This document shows, piece after piece, positions 11,936 to 21,348 of a stretch of DNA of 32,798 bases (positions within the stretch are counted from its first letter, which is position 1; each line of letters starts with the position of its first letter). The position numbers were made by a program, and so were the translations under genes. The stretch lies in contig JANXGZ010000269.1 of the NCBI GenBank assembly GCA_024958995.1, positions 1 through 32,798 of the forward strand. Reading direction: 5' to 3'. The stretch is from Methylococcales bacterium (GTDB lineage Bacteria; Pseudomonadota; Gammaproteobacteria; Methylococcales; UBA1147). Below the pieces are notes generated by a model. It saw nothing but the letters and a program-made list of their open reading frames with translations. It was not told the origin of the DNA and did not search any database.

Positions 11936-13289
11936 GGACTCCCCCCCCGAGCTCTGACCCATCGGCCTGACTGAGATCCATCGGAAGCGGATCCAGGAAA
12001 CAAACTGTCAGGTTGTCTTCGACCAGGAATTGTTTGGCACTGGCGAGGACATCCTCTGCCGTGACCTGACTGATCCTTGCTTCGTATTCATCGACACGCT
12101 TCCAGCCCAGTCCAACGGTTTCCAGGGTCCCTAGCTGCATCGCCTGGTAAAAGACCGAATCACGCTCGAAAACACTGTTGGCAAGAACCTGAGCCTTTAC
12201 CCTTGCCAGTTCTTCGGGCGCCACCGGATTGGTCTGCAGTTCGCGGATCTCGGACTTGAGGGCCGTTTCAAGATCGGACAGCGAATATCCCTCCGCAGGC
12301 GTGGCTTCAAACATGAACAGCGAGCCCATTCGAGCATAGAGATCGTATCCGGCTCCAGCGCTGACCGCCATCTGAGATCCCCGAACCAGCCTGCCGGCCA
12401 GTCGAGCACTGTTGCCACCATCCAGTATCCCGGCAAGAACTTCCAACGCGTAGGCATCCTTTTCCTTCTCCGCAGTCTTGAGCACGGGCACCTTGTACCC
12501 CATGATCAGATAAGGTAACTCGCCGGGCAACCGGATTGTCATTCGTCGGGTTCCAAGTTGCTCGACCTCTGTCCGAATTCTTGGCTGGACAGGATCCCCG
12601 GAAGGCAATGGCCCGAAATATTCCTCGGCCAGTGAGAAAACCGCTTCCGGATCCACATCGCCAGCCACCACCAGCGTTGCATTATTCGGTGCATACCAAC
12701 GTTCGTACCACTCCTGTAGGTCAGCCACGCGAAGTCCCCTGATATCCACCGGCCAACCGATCACCGGGTTGCGATAGCCTCCATTGGTATGCGCCAATGC
12801 CAGAAAGTACTCAAAAGCTTTCGATCTGGGTTTGTCATCGGTCCGCATGCGGCGTTCTTCCAGTACGACTTCGCGCTCTTTTTCGAATTCGGCAGGATCC
12901 AGTTGCAGGTTGCGCATTCTGTCTGCCTCGAGTTCGAAACTGATCCGAAGCCTGGATTTTTCAAGGCGCTGAAAATATGCAGTATAATCACGTCCTGTAA
13001 AGGCATTCTCCCGGCCGCCGTTTTCCGCGATAATCCTCGAGAAGTCACCCGGGGCATGATTCTTCGTCCCCTTGAACATCATGTGTTCGAGAATGTGGGA
13101 TACACCGGTAATGCCTTCAAATTCGTAACTGCCTCCAACCTCGTACCATATTTGAGAGACAACGACGGGAGCACGATGATCTTCCTTGACCAGCACTTTC
13201 AACCCATTTTCCAGAACACGCTCGTGCACCGCAGGGCCAGCGTGGGAAAAACCGCTCAGCAACGCAAGGAAGAAAATTAGTCGGATCAC
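11925..13289 (-). CDS. M16-family zinc peptidase (pitrilysin/insulinase family), catalytic subunit
   Basis: The HxxEH zinc motif is present in GVSHILEHMMFKGT, with the downstream E in the ENGGRENAFT region. There is a signal peptide (LIFFLALLSGFSHA) and a GTG start. Confidence 0.85.
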   Translation of the reverse strand: MIRLIFFLALLSGFSHAGPAVHERVLENGLKVLVKEDHRAPVVVSQIWYEVGGSYEFEGITGVSHILEHMMFKGTKNHAPGDFSRIIAENGGRENAFTGRDYTAYFQRLEKSRLRISFELEADRMRNLQLDPAEFEKEREVVLEERRMRTDDKPRSKAFEYFLALAHTNGGYRNPVIGWPVDIRGLRVADLQEWYERWYAPNNATLVVAGDVDPEAVFSLAEEYFGPLPSGDPVQPRIRTEVEQLGTRRMTIRLPGELPYLIMGYKVPVLKTAEKEKDAYALEVLAGILDGGNSARLAGRLVRGSQMAVSAGAGYDLYARMGSLFMFEATPAEGYSLSDLETALKSEIRELQTNPVAPEELARVKAQVLANSVFERDSVFYQAMQLGTLETVGLGWKRVDEYEARISQVTAEDVLASAKQFLVEDNLTVCFLDPLPMDLSQADGSELGGGVHDD

Positions 13290-13380
13290 GATGTTGATGA
13301 TTGTCGAAAACTGAATGATTTCGATTCAATCCACGAAATGGCAAGAATCCATACCATTGTAGACGAATAACGGTCCACAT

Positions 13381-14271
13381 ATGAAAGCAAGTGCAATAGC
13401 CGAAGACAGTCTGAGCACCCTGCTCGGGAACTATCTTGATCTCTGCAAACCCAAGGTCGTCGTCCTGATCGTATTCACCGCGATCATCGGTATGTTCCTG
13501 GCGGTTCCGGGGATGGTTCCACTGCAGGTACTGGTTTTCGGGACGCTGGGTATCGGACTGGCCGCATCGTCTGCCGCTGCGTTCAATCACTTTCTCGACC
13601 GCAAGCAGGATGCAACGATGGGAAGAACCAGCCACCGCCCGCTACCGACCGGCCAGCTCGAGGGTTCGCATGTGATTGCTTTTGCAATGACGCTGGGTCT
13701 CCTGTCCATGCTCGCCCTAATGTTTTTCGTGAATACACTGACCGCCGTGCTGACCTTCACCTCACTGATCGGCTACGCCCTCGTCTACACGGTATATCTC
13801 AAACACGCGACACCGCAGAACATCGTGATCGGCGGTGCCGCCGGAGCCGCTCCCCCTGTGCTGGGCTGGTGCGCGGTAACGGGAACCATCGACCCCCATG
13901 CACTTTTACTGTTCCTGATCATCTTCATATGGACCCCGCCCCATTTCTGGGCGTTGGCGGTTGCCAGGCGAGAGGAATACGCCAAAGCCAACATTCCGAT
14001 GCTTCCCGTCACCCATGGAGCCGACTTTACTCGGCTGCACATCCTGCTCTACACCATACTGCTGGTACTGGTTACCCTACTTCCCTATCTCACCGGAATG
14101 AGCGGCATTTTATATCTCGCCGTATCCTTAGTACTGAATGTAATTTTTCTGTATCATTCAATCGTTCTGATTAGGTCACGGGACGATGGCATTGCCATGA
14201 AAACCTTTGGCTTCTCGATCCTCTACCTCATGATCCTGTTCGCTGTGCTGTTGATTGACCATTACCTGTAA
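13381..14271 (+). CDS. cyoE: Protoheme IX farnesyltransferase (heme O synthase)
   Basis: A UbiA-family polytopic protein of 296 aa. Motifs include [33 protein letters not shown] and [10 protein letters not shown]. Confidence 0.9.
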   Translation: MKASAIAEDSLSTLLGNYLDLCKPKVVVLIVFTAIIGMFLAVPGMVPLQVLVFGTLGIGLAASSAAAFNHFLDRKQDATMGRTSHRPLPTGQLEGSHVIAFAMTLGLLSMLALMFFVNTLTAVLTFTSLIGYALVYTVYLKHATPQNIVIGGAAGAAPPVLGWCAVTGTIDPHALLLFLIIFIWTPPHFWALAVARREEYAKANIPMLPVTHGADFTRLHILLYTILLVLVTLLPYLTGMSGILYLAVSLVLNVIFLYHSIVLIRSRDDGIAMKTFGFSILYLMILFAVLLIDHYL

Positions 14272-14366
14272 TTGAAACACCTAGAAATTAAAGATGACTT
14301 TGGTCATGGTTGTGTGATAAAAAGATCTGATTCTCGAAAAGAATATAGTTATAACTAGGAGTTATT

Positions 14367-15578
14367 ATGAAACACCAGATTGTTGTTGTCGGCGGCGGGT
14401 CTGCGGGTATTACTGTTTCCGCAATACTCAAACGAAAAGATAAATCGCTGGATATTGCCATTGTTGATCCTTCGGATACACACTACTACCAACCTGCATT
14501 CACGCTGGTTGGCGGCGGCGAATACAGCGCCGACGCTACGCACCAGCCTGAATCGGATTGTATCCCCGCCGGAACGACCTGGATCCAGGACGCAGTGGAC
14601 AGCTTCGACCCAGACAACAATTCCCTGAAGCTGCAAGGAGGCGATTCGGTCGAATATGACTACCTGATAGTTTGCCCTGGCCTCCAGCTCGACTGGGGCA
14701 AGATCGATGGCCTACAGGAAACGATTGGCCAGAACGGCGTCTGCAGCAACTACCTGCTGCAATATGCCAACTACACCTGGGAATGCATACAGAACTTCAA
14801 GGGCGGCACAGCCCTGTTTACCCAACCGGCCATGCCCATCAAATGTGCCGGCGCCCCGCAGAAGATCATGTATCTGGCCGCCGACCACTTCAAGCAAAAC
14901 AACGTCTCTGCCAAAATCAATTTCAACACCACTCTGCCAGCCATGTTTGGCGTACCACTGTTCGCCGAAGCATTGAAAGGCGTTGTAGCCAACTATGGAA
15001 TCAAGGCTGACTTCAAGAGCACGCTGGTTGCCATCGACGGCAACAAGAAAGAAGCCGTGTTCGAGGTCGAAGACGCCGATGGCAACAAGGAAAAGGTCAC
15101 CAAGGCCTTTGATATGATCCATGTCACTCCGCCGCAAAGTGCACCAGATTTTCTGAAAGGCAGTCCGATCGGCGATGCTGCCGGCTGGGTCGATGTCGAT
15201 CCCGGAAACCTGCAACACAAGAAATACGGTAACGTTTTCGGCCTTGGCGATGCAACGAATACGCCCAACGCAAAAACTGCAGCTGCTGCGCGTATGCAAG
15301 CTCCCATCGTCGCCAAGGGTCTGCTTGCCAAGATCAACCAGTCTGCGCTACCTGCGGATTACGACGGATACGGCGCCTGCCCGCTGACCACGAGTAAGAA
15401 TTCAGTCATGCTGGCCGAATTCTGCTACGGCGGAAAGGTAACCCCATCCTTTCCTGGAGACCCCCGCAAGGAGCGCTTAAGCTACTGGCTGCTGAAGAAG
15501 TTCTTCTTTCCGTTCCTTTACTGGAAAATCATGCTCAAGGGAATCGAATTCAATCCGTCGCACAAGGAATTCGAGTAA
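14367..15578 (+). CDS. sqr: Type II (SQOR-like) sulfide:quinone oxidoreductase
   Basis: The FAD fold is IVVVGGGSAG. IKCAGAPQKIMYL and YDGYGACPLTT carry the two redox cysteines in the same context as mitochondrial-type SQOR. GDATNTPNAKTAAA is present, and an AGGAG RBS lies at 14357-14361. Confidence 0.85.
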   Translation: MKHQIVVVGGGSAGITVSAILKRKDKSLDIAIVDPSDTHYYQPAFTLVGGGEYSADATHQPESDCIPAGTTWIQDAVDSFDPDNNSLKLQGGDSVEYDYLIVCPGLQLDWGKIDGLQETIGQNGVCSNYLLQYANYTWECIQNFKGGTALFTQPAMPIKCAGAPQKIMYLAADHFKQNNVSAKINFNTTLPAMFGVPLFAEALKGVVANYGIKADFKSTLVAIDGNKKEAVFEVEDADGNKEKVTKAFDMIHVTPPQSAPDFLKGSPIGDAAGWVDVDPGNLQHKKYGNVFGLGDATNTPNAKTAAAARMQAPIVAKGLLAKINQSALPADYDGYGACPLTTSKNSVMLAEFCYGGKVTPSFPGDPRKERLSYWLLKKFFFPFLYWKIMLKGIEFNPSHKEFE

Positions 15579-15594
15579 AGTCCCAATAGCGGCA

Positions 15595-15634
15595 CAAAAA
15601 AGCCAGACGGGTATCCCCCGTCTGGCTTTTTTTA
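15595..15634. terminator. Bidirectional rho-independent terminator between convergent genes
   Basis: An 11-bp perfect stem agccagacggg (15601-15611) / cccgtctggct (15617-15627) encloses a 5-nt loop. It is flanked by an A-run on the 5' side and a T-run on the 3' side. Confidence 0.8.
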
Positions 15635-15682
15635 TCCGATCACCCTGGATCAAACCGACAACGAGCACACCCTGTCGTGTTG

Positions 15683-16207
15683 TCAATCCATCTTTTGCAG
15701 AACCATCCCGAAAGCACAACGGATCAACACCAGCGAGACCGCCATCGGATAGAATATGAAGTATTCACTAAAATAAACGCTCAAAACGACCAACAAATTC
15801 AGTAAGCTGGGATGGAAAAGTCTCGAGGAATGAATCAGACACATCATTCTAAGTTGGAGATCGTCCATCAGGGCCCATCGTTCGACCACCTGGCGGTTCA
15901 GCAGCATTGCGATGAACACAAAGTAGACCGGATACCATGAAAAGACCGGGGCGTCGATCCGGTAAACCTCCCGCCAGTGCACAAACCATGTGCATAGGGT
16001 ACCAACAAGAAAAACATCGTAGGACAGGGGAAAAACCCCGGGTCGCAGAACAGCGGTCAGGCCACTCAGCAACAGGCAACCCAAGCCAAGGTAAAGCACC
16101 ACCGTTGATTCAAACAACACAAGCCAGGGATGTTGTTGCCAGACCATGTAAACAAGCGACAGGGAGGCAACAATAAACATCGGCGAAAGGTACAGGAAAC
16201 CGCGCAT
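15683..16207 (-). CDS. Hypothetical polytopic inner-membrane protein (about 5 hydrophobic segments), no family recognised
   Basis: Start taken at the ATG at 16207, with GAGGAG 7 nt upstream. It has strongly hydrophobic helical segments, and the bidirectional terminator lies downstream. Confidence 0.55.
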   Translation of the reverse strand: MRGFLYLSPMFIVASLSLVYMVWQQHPWLVLFESTVVLYLGLGCLLLSGLTAVLRPGVFPLSYDVFLVGTLCTWFVHWREVYRIDAPVFSWYPVYFVFIAMLLNRQVVERWALMDDLQLRMMCLIHSSRLFHPSLLNLLVVLSVYFSEYFIFYPMAVSLVLIRCAFGMVLQKMD

Positions 16208-16299
16208 GACCAAGCTCCTCAGGACAATCTTCCCGGGTTATGAATTGCCTCCCGGATCTGATAAAGTCCAGCCACCATCACTCCGGAGAAAGAACACAC

Positions 16300-16572
16300 A
16301 TGATTGGAATGATTGGCTCCATCGCCACGCTGGTTTGGTATTTTTATGCCGCTGAAAAGGCCGGCAAGAGTCCGGCGCGCTGGGCAATCATCGGAGGAAC
16401 CATCTATTTCATGACACGGTACGCCACCTGGGCTGCGATCGGCAGCATGATGGGCCGCGGTTTCAATAGTCACTCTGCCAATACCGGGGTCATGATCGAA
16501 CTGACAACCATCGGAGTTGCTCTCGTCGTCGTGGTTCTGGTTAAACTCACATTTCTAGGCAAAACCAGCTAG
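16300..16572 (+). CDS. Hypothetical small membrane protein (about 90 aa, 3 hydrophobic segments)
   Basis: The ATG at 16300 is preceded by GGAGAAAG. MIGMIGSIATLVWYFY, WAIIGGTIYFM and IELTTIGVALVVVVLV are hydrophobic helices. It is divergent from the previous gene. Confidence 0.5.
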   Translation: MIGMIGSIATLVWYFYAAEKAGKSPARWAIIGGTIYFMTRYATWAAIGSMMGRGFNSHSANTGVMIELTTIGVALVVVVLVKLTFLGKTS

Positions 16573-16604
16573 CCATTGCCAACGAAAACGAAACGGCCAG
16601 TCAA

Positions 16605-17390
16605 CTAGGCTTTCCGCTGTTGATAGCCTCGCCAAATCAAAAACAGACCGGCCAGAAGAAAAGGAATACTGAGCCACTGGCCGACACTCAGCGCAGATTC
16701 AAATCCGTATGAGGCCTGTCGGATTTTGACAAATTCCAGGAAAAAACGCGCCGCCGACATCAGAAACATGAACATGCCGATCAGAAAGCCATCAGCCATC
16801 CGGTTGGTCCACTTCAGGTAACCGAACAGCATGACCCCGGAAACGACAAGGTAGCTGAGCGCTTCGTAGAGTTGGACAGGATGCCGTGGTAGCATGTCGA
16901 CGCGTTCGAAAATGAACGCCCAGGGCACCGTTGTTTCTATGCCGACAATCTCCGAATTGAACAGGTTCCCAATGCGGATGAATACCGCGCCAATGGCCAG
17001 CGGAAATGCCCCTCGATCCAGCAGCCACAACGCTGAATAGCCCGGCTTTCGTTTCGCAAAGTAATAGCCGGCGATCAGACACCCAATATAGCCACCATGG
17101 CTGGCTAGCCCGCCGTTCCAGACTTTCAGAATCTCCAATGGGTGACTCAGGTAGAACGCAGGGTCGTAAAACAGACAATGTCCTAACCGTGCGCCGGCAA
17201 GCTCTGCAATAAACACATAGATGAACAGGTCGTCCAGGTCTTCTACCGGTCGCCCCTCGCGGCGAAACATCCAGGACAGGACAACAAAGCTCAGGAAGAA
17301 CCCTGCTGCAAACAGGAGCCCGTACCAACGAACCGTGACCGGCCCCCAGCTAAACAGCATCGGGCTGACATCCCAGGTGATATATTCCAT
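16605..17390 (-). CDS. lgt: Prolipoprotein diacylglyceryl transferase
   Basis: Lgt signatures are present: VRWYGLLFAAGF, GGLASHGGYIG, RIGNLFNSE and RHPVQLYEAL. Confidence 0.93.
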   Translation of the reverse strand: MEYITWDVSPMLFSWGPVTVRWYGLLFAAGFFLSFVVLSWMFRREGRPVEDLDDLFIYVFIAELAGARLGHCLFYDPAFYLSHPLEILKVWNGGLASHGGYIGCLIAGYYFAKRKPGYSALWLLDRGAFPLAIGAVFIRIGNLFNSEIVGIETTVPWAFIFERVDMLPRHPVQLYEALSYLVVSGVMLFGYLKWTNRMADGFLIGMFMFLMSAARFFLEFVKIRQASYGFESALSVGQWLSIPFLLAGLFLIWRGYQQRKA

Positions 17391-17561
17391 AACTTTGCTT
17401 GTTTTGTTCGGGCCAGAGAGCGAAAACGCTAGAGGATTGTAGGCTAATCCATCGGAAGATCAACTTTATTGTCGCTGACTAAACCGCCCACCTTAACCGC
17501 AAGGACAAGGCAACAAAACGGGTGCGGCCGTCAACCATCGCATCACTCGACAAGGAAGTTT

Positions 17562-18803
17562 TCAGCTGACAAGCGATTCGATGGCGATGCAGGTTTCAAA
17601 CAACGCCGCTCGGGTATCCACCCGCCCTGCAAGTTCCACGCATCGCTGCCGAACCGGGCCTGAGGAAACCAACTCATCGAGCGTTTCAGCCACCTTTCCG
17701 AGCGTAAATTTGCCAGGCGACAGAATAGCTCCGGCGCCCAACTGACGAAGCCGTTGAGCATTGTCGGGCTGATCGTAGGCCATTGGCATGATCAGCTGAG
17801 GCACCCCCGCGCGCAAGGCCTTGCCCATGGTCCCAATTCCCCCATGATGCACAACGGCACTGCAAAGTGGAAAGACCGCATCAAAAGGCGCGTAATCGAA
17901 ATGGCGGATTCCCTCCGGCAACACCACCGGCAGGTGACCATGATAGCCCGTCAGCAGGATCCCCCTCCGGCCGAGGTAGCTGCAGGCAGCAGCAGCCTCA
18001 AAAAACCGGGCCGCATGCTGATGCCCCGATCCGGGGGTAAAGACGATCGGCGCCGATCCCTGCTGTAGAAATTCCATACAGTCATCAGGAACCGGAAGAG
18101 GGTCGCAGGATTCGTGCGAGATAAAACCGGTTTGAATCACCTGCGATGGCCAATCAGATGCAGGCCCACCGAACCATTCCGGAAAAAGGGCGATTACGAG
18201 ATCCGGCGAGTACAACCACCGGGTAGCGACCCGGCTAACCGGAGAAAGACCCAACCGCTTGCGGAAACGATTGGTCTCGGGGGCCAGCAGGGGTTCCAGA
18301 TAAAACGTCTCCAGCCCCTTTGCCATGAGGGTCTTGATCAATGGTGGCAGAAATAGGCTGCCCGGCAACGAAGAAAGTGCCGCAGGATCGACCGAACTCC
18401 AGAGTGATGAGGGTTGTAGAATCACCGTGGCCGTGGGAATGGAAAGTTTTTCCCGTGCCACTCTAGCTCCGTAAACATAGCAAGGGGCAACAACCACGGT
18501 CTGATCGCCTGAGAGGGCTTCGATGGCTTCAAAGGCCGGTTCCATCCCACCCAGGATCATTTCACGAACCAAGATTCGGAAACCGCGAATCGGATGCCAG
18601 ACATCGGGGTTGGCCAGAACCGACTGGTAGTGGTCGCGCGACCCGATTCCCTTGAAACGGATGCCGAGCCGATCTGCGAGAGGCTGGAAGTAATCGTTGG
18701 TCACCAGGGTTACCCTGTGACCGCGTTTCATGAGTTCACTTCCGAGCGCAGCAAAGGGATGTACATCCCCGGCTGTCCCTAGCGTTACCAGCAAAACATC
18801 CAT
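17562..18803 (-). CDS. GT1-family glycosyltransferase, RhlB (rhamnosyltransferase chain B)-like
   Basis: MDVLLVTLGTAGDVHPFAALGSELMKRGHRVTLVT and VHHGGIGTMGKALRAGVPQLIMPMAYDQPDNAQRL closely parallel P. aeruginosa RhlB as I remember it (GSAGDVFPF, VHPGGIGA, HDQFDNAERL). Start taken at the ATG at 18803. Confidence 0.85.
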   Translation of the reverse strand: MDVLLVTLGTAGDVHPFAALGSELMKRGHRVTLVTNDYFQPLADRLGIRFKGIGSRDHYQSVLANPDVWHPIRGFRILVREMILGGMEPAFEAIEALSGDQTVVVAPCYVYGARVAREKLSIPTATVILQPSSLWSSVDPAALSSLPGSLFLPPLIKTLMAKGLETFYLEPLLAPETNRFRKRLGLSPVSRVATRWLYSPDLVIALFPEWFGGPASDWPSQVIQTGFISHESCDPLPVPDDCMEFLQQGSAPIVFTPGSGHQHAARFFEAAAACSYLGRRGILLTGYHGHLPVVLPEGIRHFDYAPFDAVFPLCSAVVHHGGIGTMGKALRAGVPQLIMPMAYDQPDNAQRLRQLGAGAILSPGKFTLGKVAETLDELVSSGPVRQRCVELAGRVDTRAALFETCIAIESLVS

Positions 18804-18947
18804 CAATGATGATCCTAATGATTCCTGAATTTAACAACCGTCTCCTGGTCACCCCCACCGACCCTGGATCCACCCAGCCCCAGCTATCACACCAGCCACG
18901 ACGGAGTGATATGATTGCAGTTTCGACTGAAGAAAAAAACAGCAACC

Positions 18948-19844
18948 ATGGGAAAGGTGAAAGAACAGGTCGGGTTTATTGGCATGGGTCTGATGGGTAC
19001 CCCCATGACGTTTCGTCTGCTCGGTGCCGGTTATTCGGTTAACGTCTGGAACCGGAATGCAGAAAAAGTGGAGCCGGTCACCAAGGCCGGTGCGGTGGTG
19101 ATGGCGGGAATTGCCGAAGTAACCGTCGGTTCGGATATTATCCTCCTGAGCCTGTCGGACACAGCCGCTGTTGAAGCAGTGGTTTTCGGACCGGGCGGTA
19201 TCGCTGAGAACGGATCGGAAAACAAGATCGTCGTAGACTTTTCCAGCATCGAACCGAATGCCACGCGCCGATTCGCCGGCAAACTGTACGACCAATGCCG
19301 CATGCACTGGGTCGATTCACCGGTTTCCGGTGGAGTGGTAGGAGCCGAACAGGGAACGCTGGTCATGATGCTCGGCGGCGACACGGCCGACATCCAACGT
19401 ATCGAGCCGATTCTCGCTCCCCTCAGCCAACGGGTAACACGGATGGGAGAGATCGGCTCTGGACAGGTCACCAAGATCTGCAACCAGATGATCGTCAGTT
19501 GCAACGCCATGGTTATCGCAGAAATGATTTCCCTGGCAAAACGATCCGGAGTTGATTCCGAAAAGATCCCCGCAGCGTTGGCCGGAGGCTTTGCAGATTC
19601 AAAGCCCCTGCAAATCCTGGGACCTGAAATGGCAAGCGAAACCTTCGAACCAGTCAAATGGCGGGTCAAGACCCTGCTCAAGGATCTGAACATGGCCGTG
19701 GAACTGTCGCGCTCGCAGGGTAAAGCTGTGCCCATGTCTGGACTGGCTGCCCAGTTGATGCAAATCCACGCGGGCAACGGCTTTCTGGATCAGGATCCTT
19801 CGACATTGGTCAGGCTTTACACCCCGGAAAAAGAACCGGACTGA
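18948..19844 (+). CDS. NAD(P)-dependent 3-hydroxyisobutyrate dehydrogenase-family reductase (tartronate semialdehyde reductase-like)
   Basis: Start moved to the ATG at 18948, giving MGKVKEQVGFIGMGLMGTPMTFRL (Rossmann fold). Later motifs are DSPVSGGVVGAEQGTL and GSGQVTKICNQM. It is 298 aa. Confidence 0.85.
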   Translation: MGKVKEQVGFIGMGLMGTPMTFRLLGAGYSVNVWNRNAEKVEPVTKAGAVVMAGIAEVTVGSDIILLSLSDTAAVEAVVFGPGGIAENGSENKIVVDFSSIEPNATRRFAGKLYDQCRMHWVDSPVSGGVVGAEQGTLVMMLGGDTADIQRIEPILAPLSQRVTRMGEIGSGQVTKICNQMIVSCNAMVIAEMISLAKRSGVDSEKIPAALAGGFADSKPLQILGPEMASETFEPVKWRVKTLLKDLNMAVELSRSQGKAVPMSGLAAQLMQIHAGNGFLDQDPSTLVRLYTPEKEPD

Positions 19845-19887
19845 AACACCATCAATGGCCGTTTAACGAAACCAGCGACAAAGAACA

Positions 19888-20676
19888 ATGCCGCGCTTTT
19901 CTGCAAATCTCAGCTTACTGTTTACCGAACTACCCCTACTGGAACGTTTCAGCGCCGCGAGGGAATGCGGCTTTCGGGGTGTAGAAATCCAGTTTCCCTA
20001 TGAGGCTCCGGCCGAACACATCAAGGCTCAAATCGATCTGACGGGGCTTGAACTGGTTCTGATCAACGTACCAGCAGGCGACCTGATGAACGGAGGTGAA
20101 GGGCTCGCCGCTGTGCCTTCGAAACGCCACGACTTCATTGATGCCGTTAACAAAGCCGCCGAATATGCAGATATCCTCCGTCCAAAACTCATCAACGTTC
20201 TTCCCGGCCGCTGCTTCGAAACCGACCGTCTCGACCAATACATGGAAACCTTCACAAGCAACCTGGTTCACGCCGCCGATGTTTTCCTTGACCAGGGTAT
20301 CAAGGCCGTTTTCGAGGCCGTTAACACAAAAGATATGCCCGGTTTCCTGATTCACAATAGCGAACAACTGGTCCAAGTACTGGAAGAGCTACAGCATTCG
20401 AATGTTTATCTGCAATATGACATTTACCACATGCAGACCATGGGAGAGGACCATCATGCTTTCTTCCACCGCCACGCGGAAAGAGTCGGGCATATCCAGT
20501 TCGCTGATGCACCCGGGCGGCATCAGCCAGGAACCGGGCAGATAGACTTTGTCAACCTGTTTAATGCAATCGACGCATCTGGATACCAGGGATGGATTGG
20601 AGCGGAATACAGGCCCAGCGTCCCGACCCGGGACAGCCTGGACTGGTTGGCCCACTATTGCCAACCCCCGGCCTGA
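19888..20676 (+). CDS. hyi: Hydroxypyruvate isomerase-family (Hyi/OtnI) TIM-barrel protein
   Basis: MPRFSANLSLLFTELPLLERFSAARECGFRGVEIQFPYE matches the E. coli Hyi N-terminus. The C-terminal IGAEYRP is also present. Confidence 0.85.
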   Translation: MPRFSANLSLLFTELPLLERFSAARECGFRGVEIQFPYEAPAEHIKAQIDLTGLELVLINVPAGDLMNGGEGLAAVPSKRHDFIDAVNKAAEYADILRPKLINVLPGRCFETDRLDQYMETFTSNLVHAADVFLDQGIKAVFEAVNTKDMPGFLIHNSEQLVQVLEELQHSNVYLQYDIYHMQTMGEDHHAFFHRHAERVGHIQFADAPGRHQPGTGQIDFVNLFNAIDASGYQGWIGAEYRPSVPTRDSLDWLAHYCQPPA

Positions 20677-20684
20677 AAAACAAG

Positions 20685-21338
20685 ATGGTTCCCTGGAGTT
20701 TGCGCCAACGGCTTCGATCCAGGCTAGGAGTTGCGACCTGGTTACGAACCGCAGCGATATCAACCTTCGTTCCGCTGCATTTCATCTTAATCACCCTGTG
20801 GATCCTGCCTCCCTATTCCCAACTGCTTGAAGCAAGCAAACAGACTACCGGCCTTGCACGCCGAATCGAAGCGGCAATGGGTACTTTTCTAACCAATGAC
20901 AAGTTGGATCCCCTGCACAAAGCGGTACGGGCCTACGTTAACCTGGTTGGAGCCCACCAATACTGGGATTTCTTCGCCCCCGATGTGCCACGAACCCACC
21001 GCTATCTCAGGGTTTGCAACGGCATTCACGAGACTTCTCGGCCGAAACGGATCGACTGTACGAAAACGCTCTACCAGAGCTACCACGGCGAGCTGGATCA
21101 GGTCATTGACCCTCACCAGGGACGGGATAGTCGACCCTTTCGCTTGACCGAGAGCCTGATACGGCTGCATCGTCCTGAACTACTGGATGCCTTTACCAGC
21201 CACTGGCAGAGCGAGGAGGATGGAAGCCACCGGGGCCGGTCATTCCTTCTGCTTCATGAGTTCGGCCTTAACCCGGTCAAGAAAGAGTCCGTTGATGCAT
21301 CGAGGCACGATGAGGTTCTCTGGATGACCCCGGATTAA
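20685..21338 (+). CDS. Hypothetical single-pass membrane protein, candidate partner of the HTTM protein (SdpA/DUF5819-type suspected)
   Basis: The ATG at 20685 lies 8 nt after the hyi stop. One N-terminal TM segment is present (AAISTFVPLHFILITLWILPP). The motif HQYWDFFAPDVP resembles the W-x-F/L-FAP-x-P motif I associate with small partners of bacterial HTTM proteins. The stop is 10 nt before the HTTM gene. Confidence 0.6.
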   Translation: MVPWSLRQRLRSRLGVATWLRTAAISTFVPLHFILITLWILPPYSQLLEASKQTTGLARRIEAAMGTFLTNDKLDPLHKAVRAYVNLVGAHQYWDFFAPDVPRTHRYLRVCNGIHETSRPKRIDCTKTLYQSYHGELDQVIDPHQGRDSRPFRLTESLIRLHRPELLDAFTSHWQSEEDGSHRGRSFLLLHEFGLNPVKKESVDASRHDEVLWMTPD

Positions 21339-21348
21339 CCAGGCCTCG

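Noticed and set aside
14712-15299. Long antisense ORFs inside well-supported genes: 14712-15299 in sqr, 19031-19777 in the reductase gene, 31052-31744 in the halogenase-family gene, and 26866-27414 in secD.
   Set aside because: Each lies wholly within a gene whose sense-strand product has clear family motifs. None has a recognisable motif or an RBS.
16792-17328. A 178-aa same-strand alternative-frame ORF within lgt.
   Set aside because: Its composition is an Arg/Pro/Cys-rich frame-shifted artefact, and the Lgt frame carries all the conserved motifs.
20592-20684. The N-terminal extension of the 248-aa ORF that overlaps the hyi 3' end.
   Set aside because: The extension is Pro/Gly-rich and overlaps hyi by 85 nt. 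The ATG at 20685, just after the hyi stop and followed by a basic stretch and a TM helix, is the sensible start.
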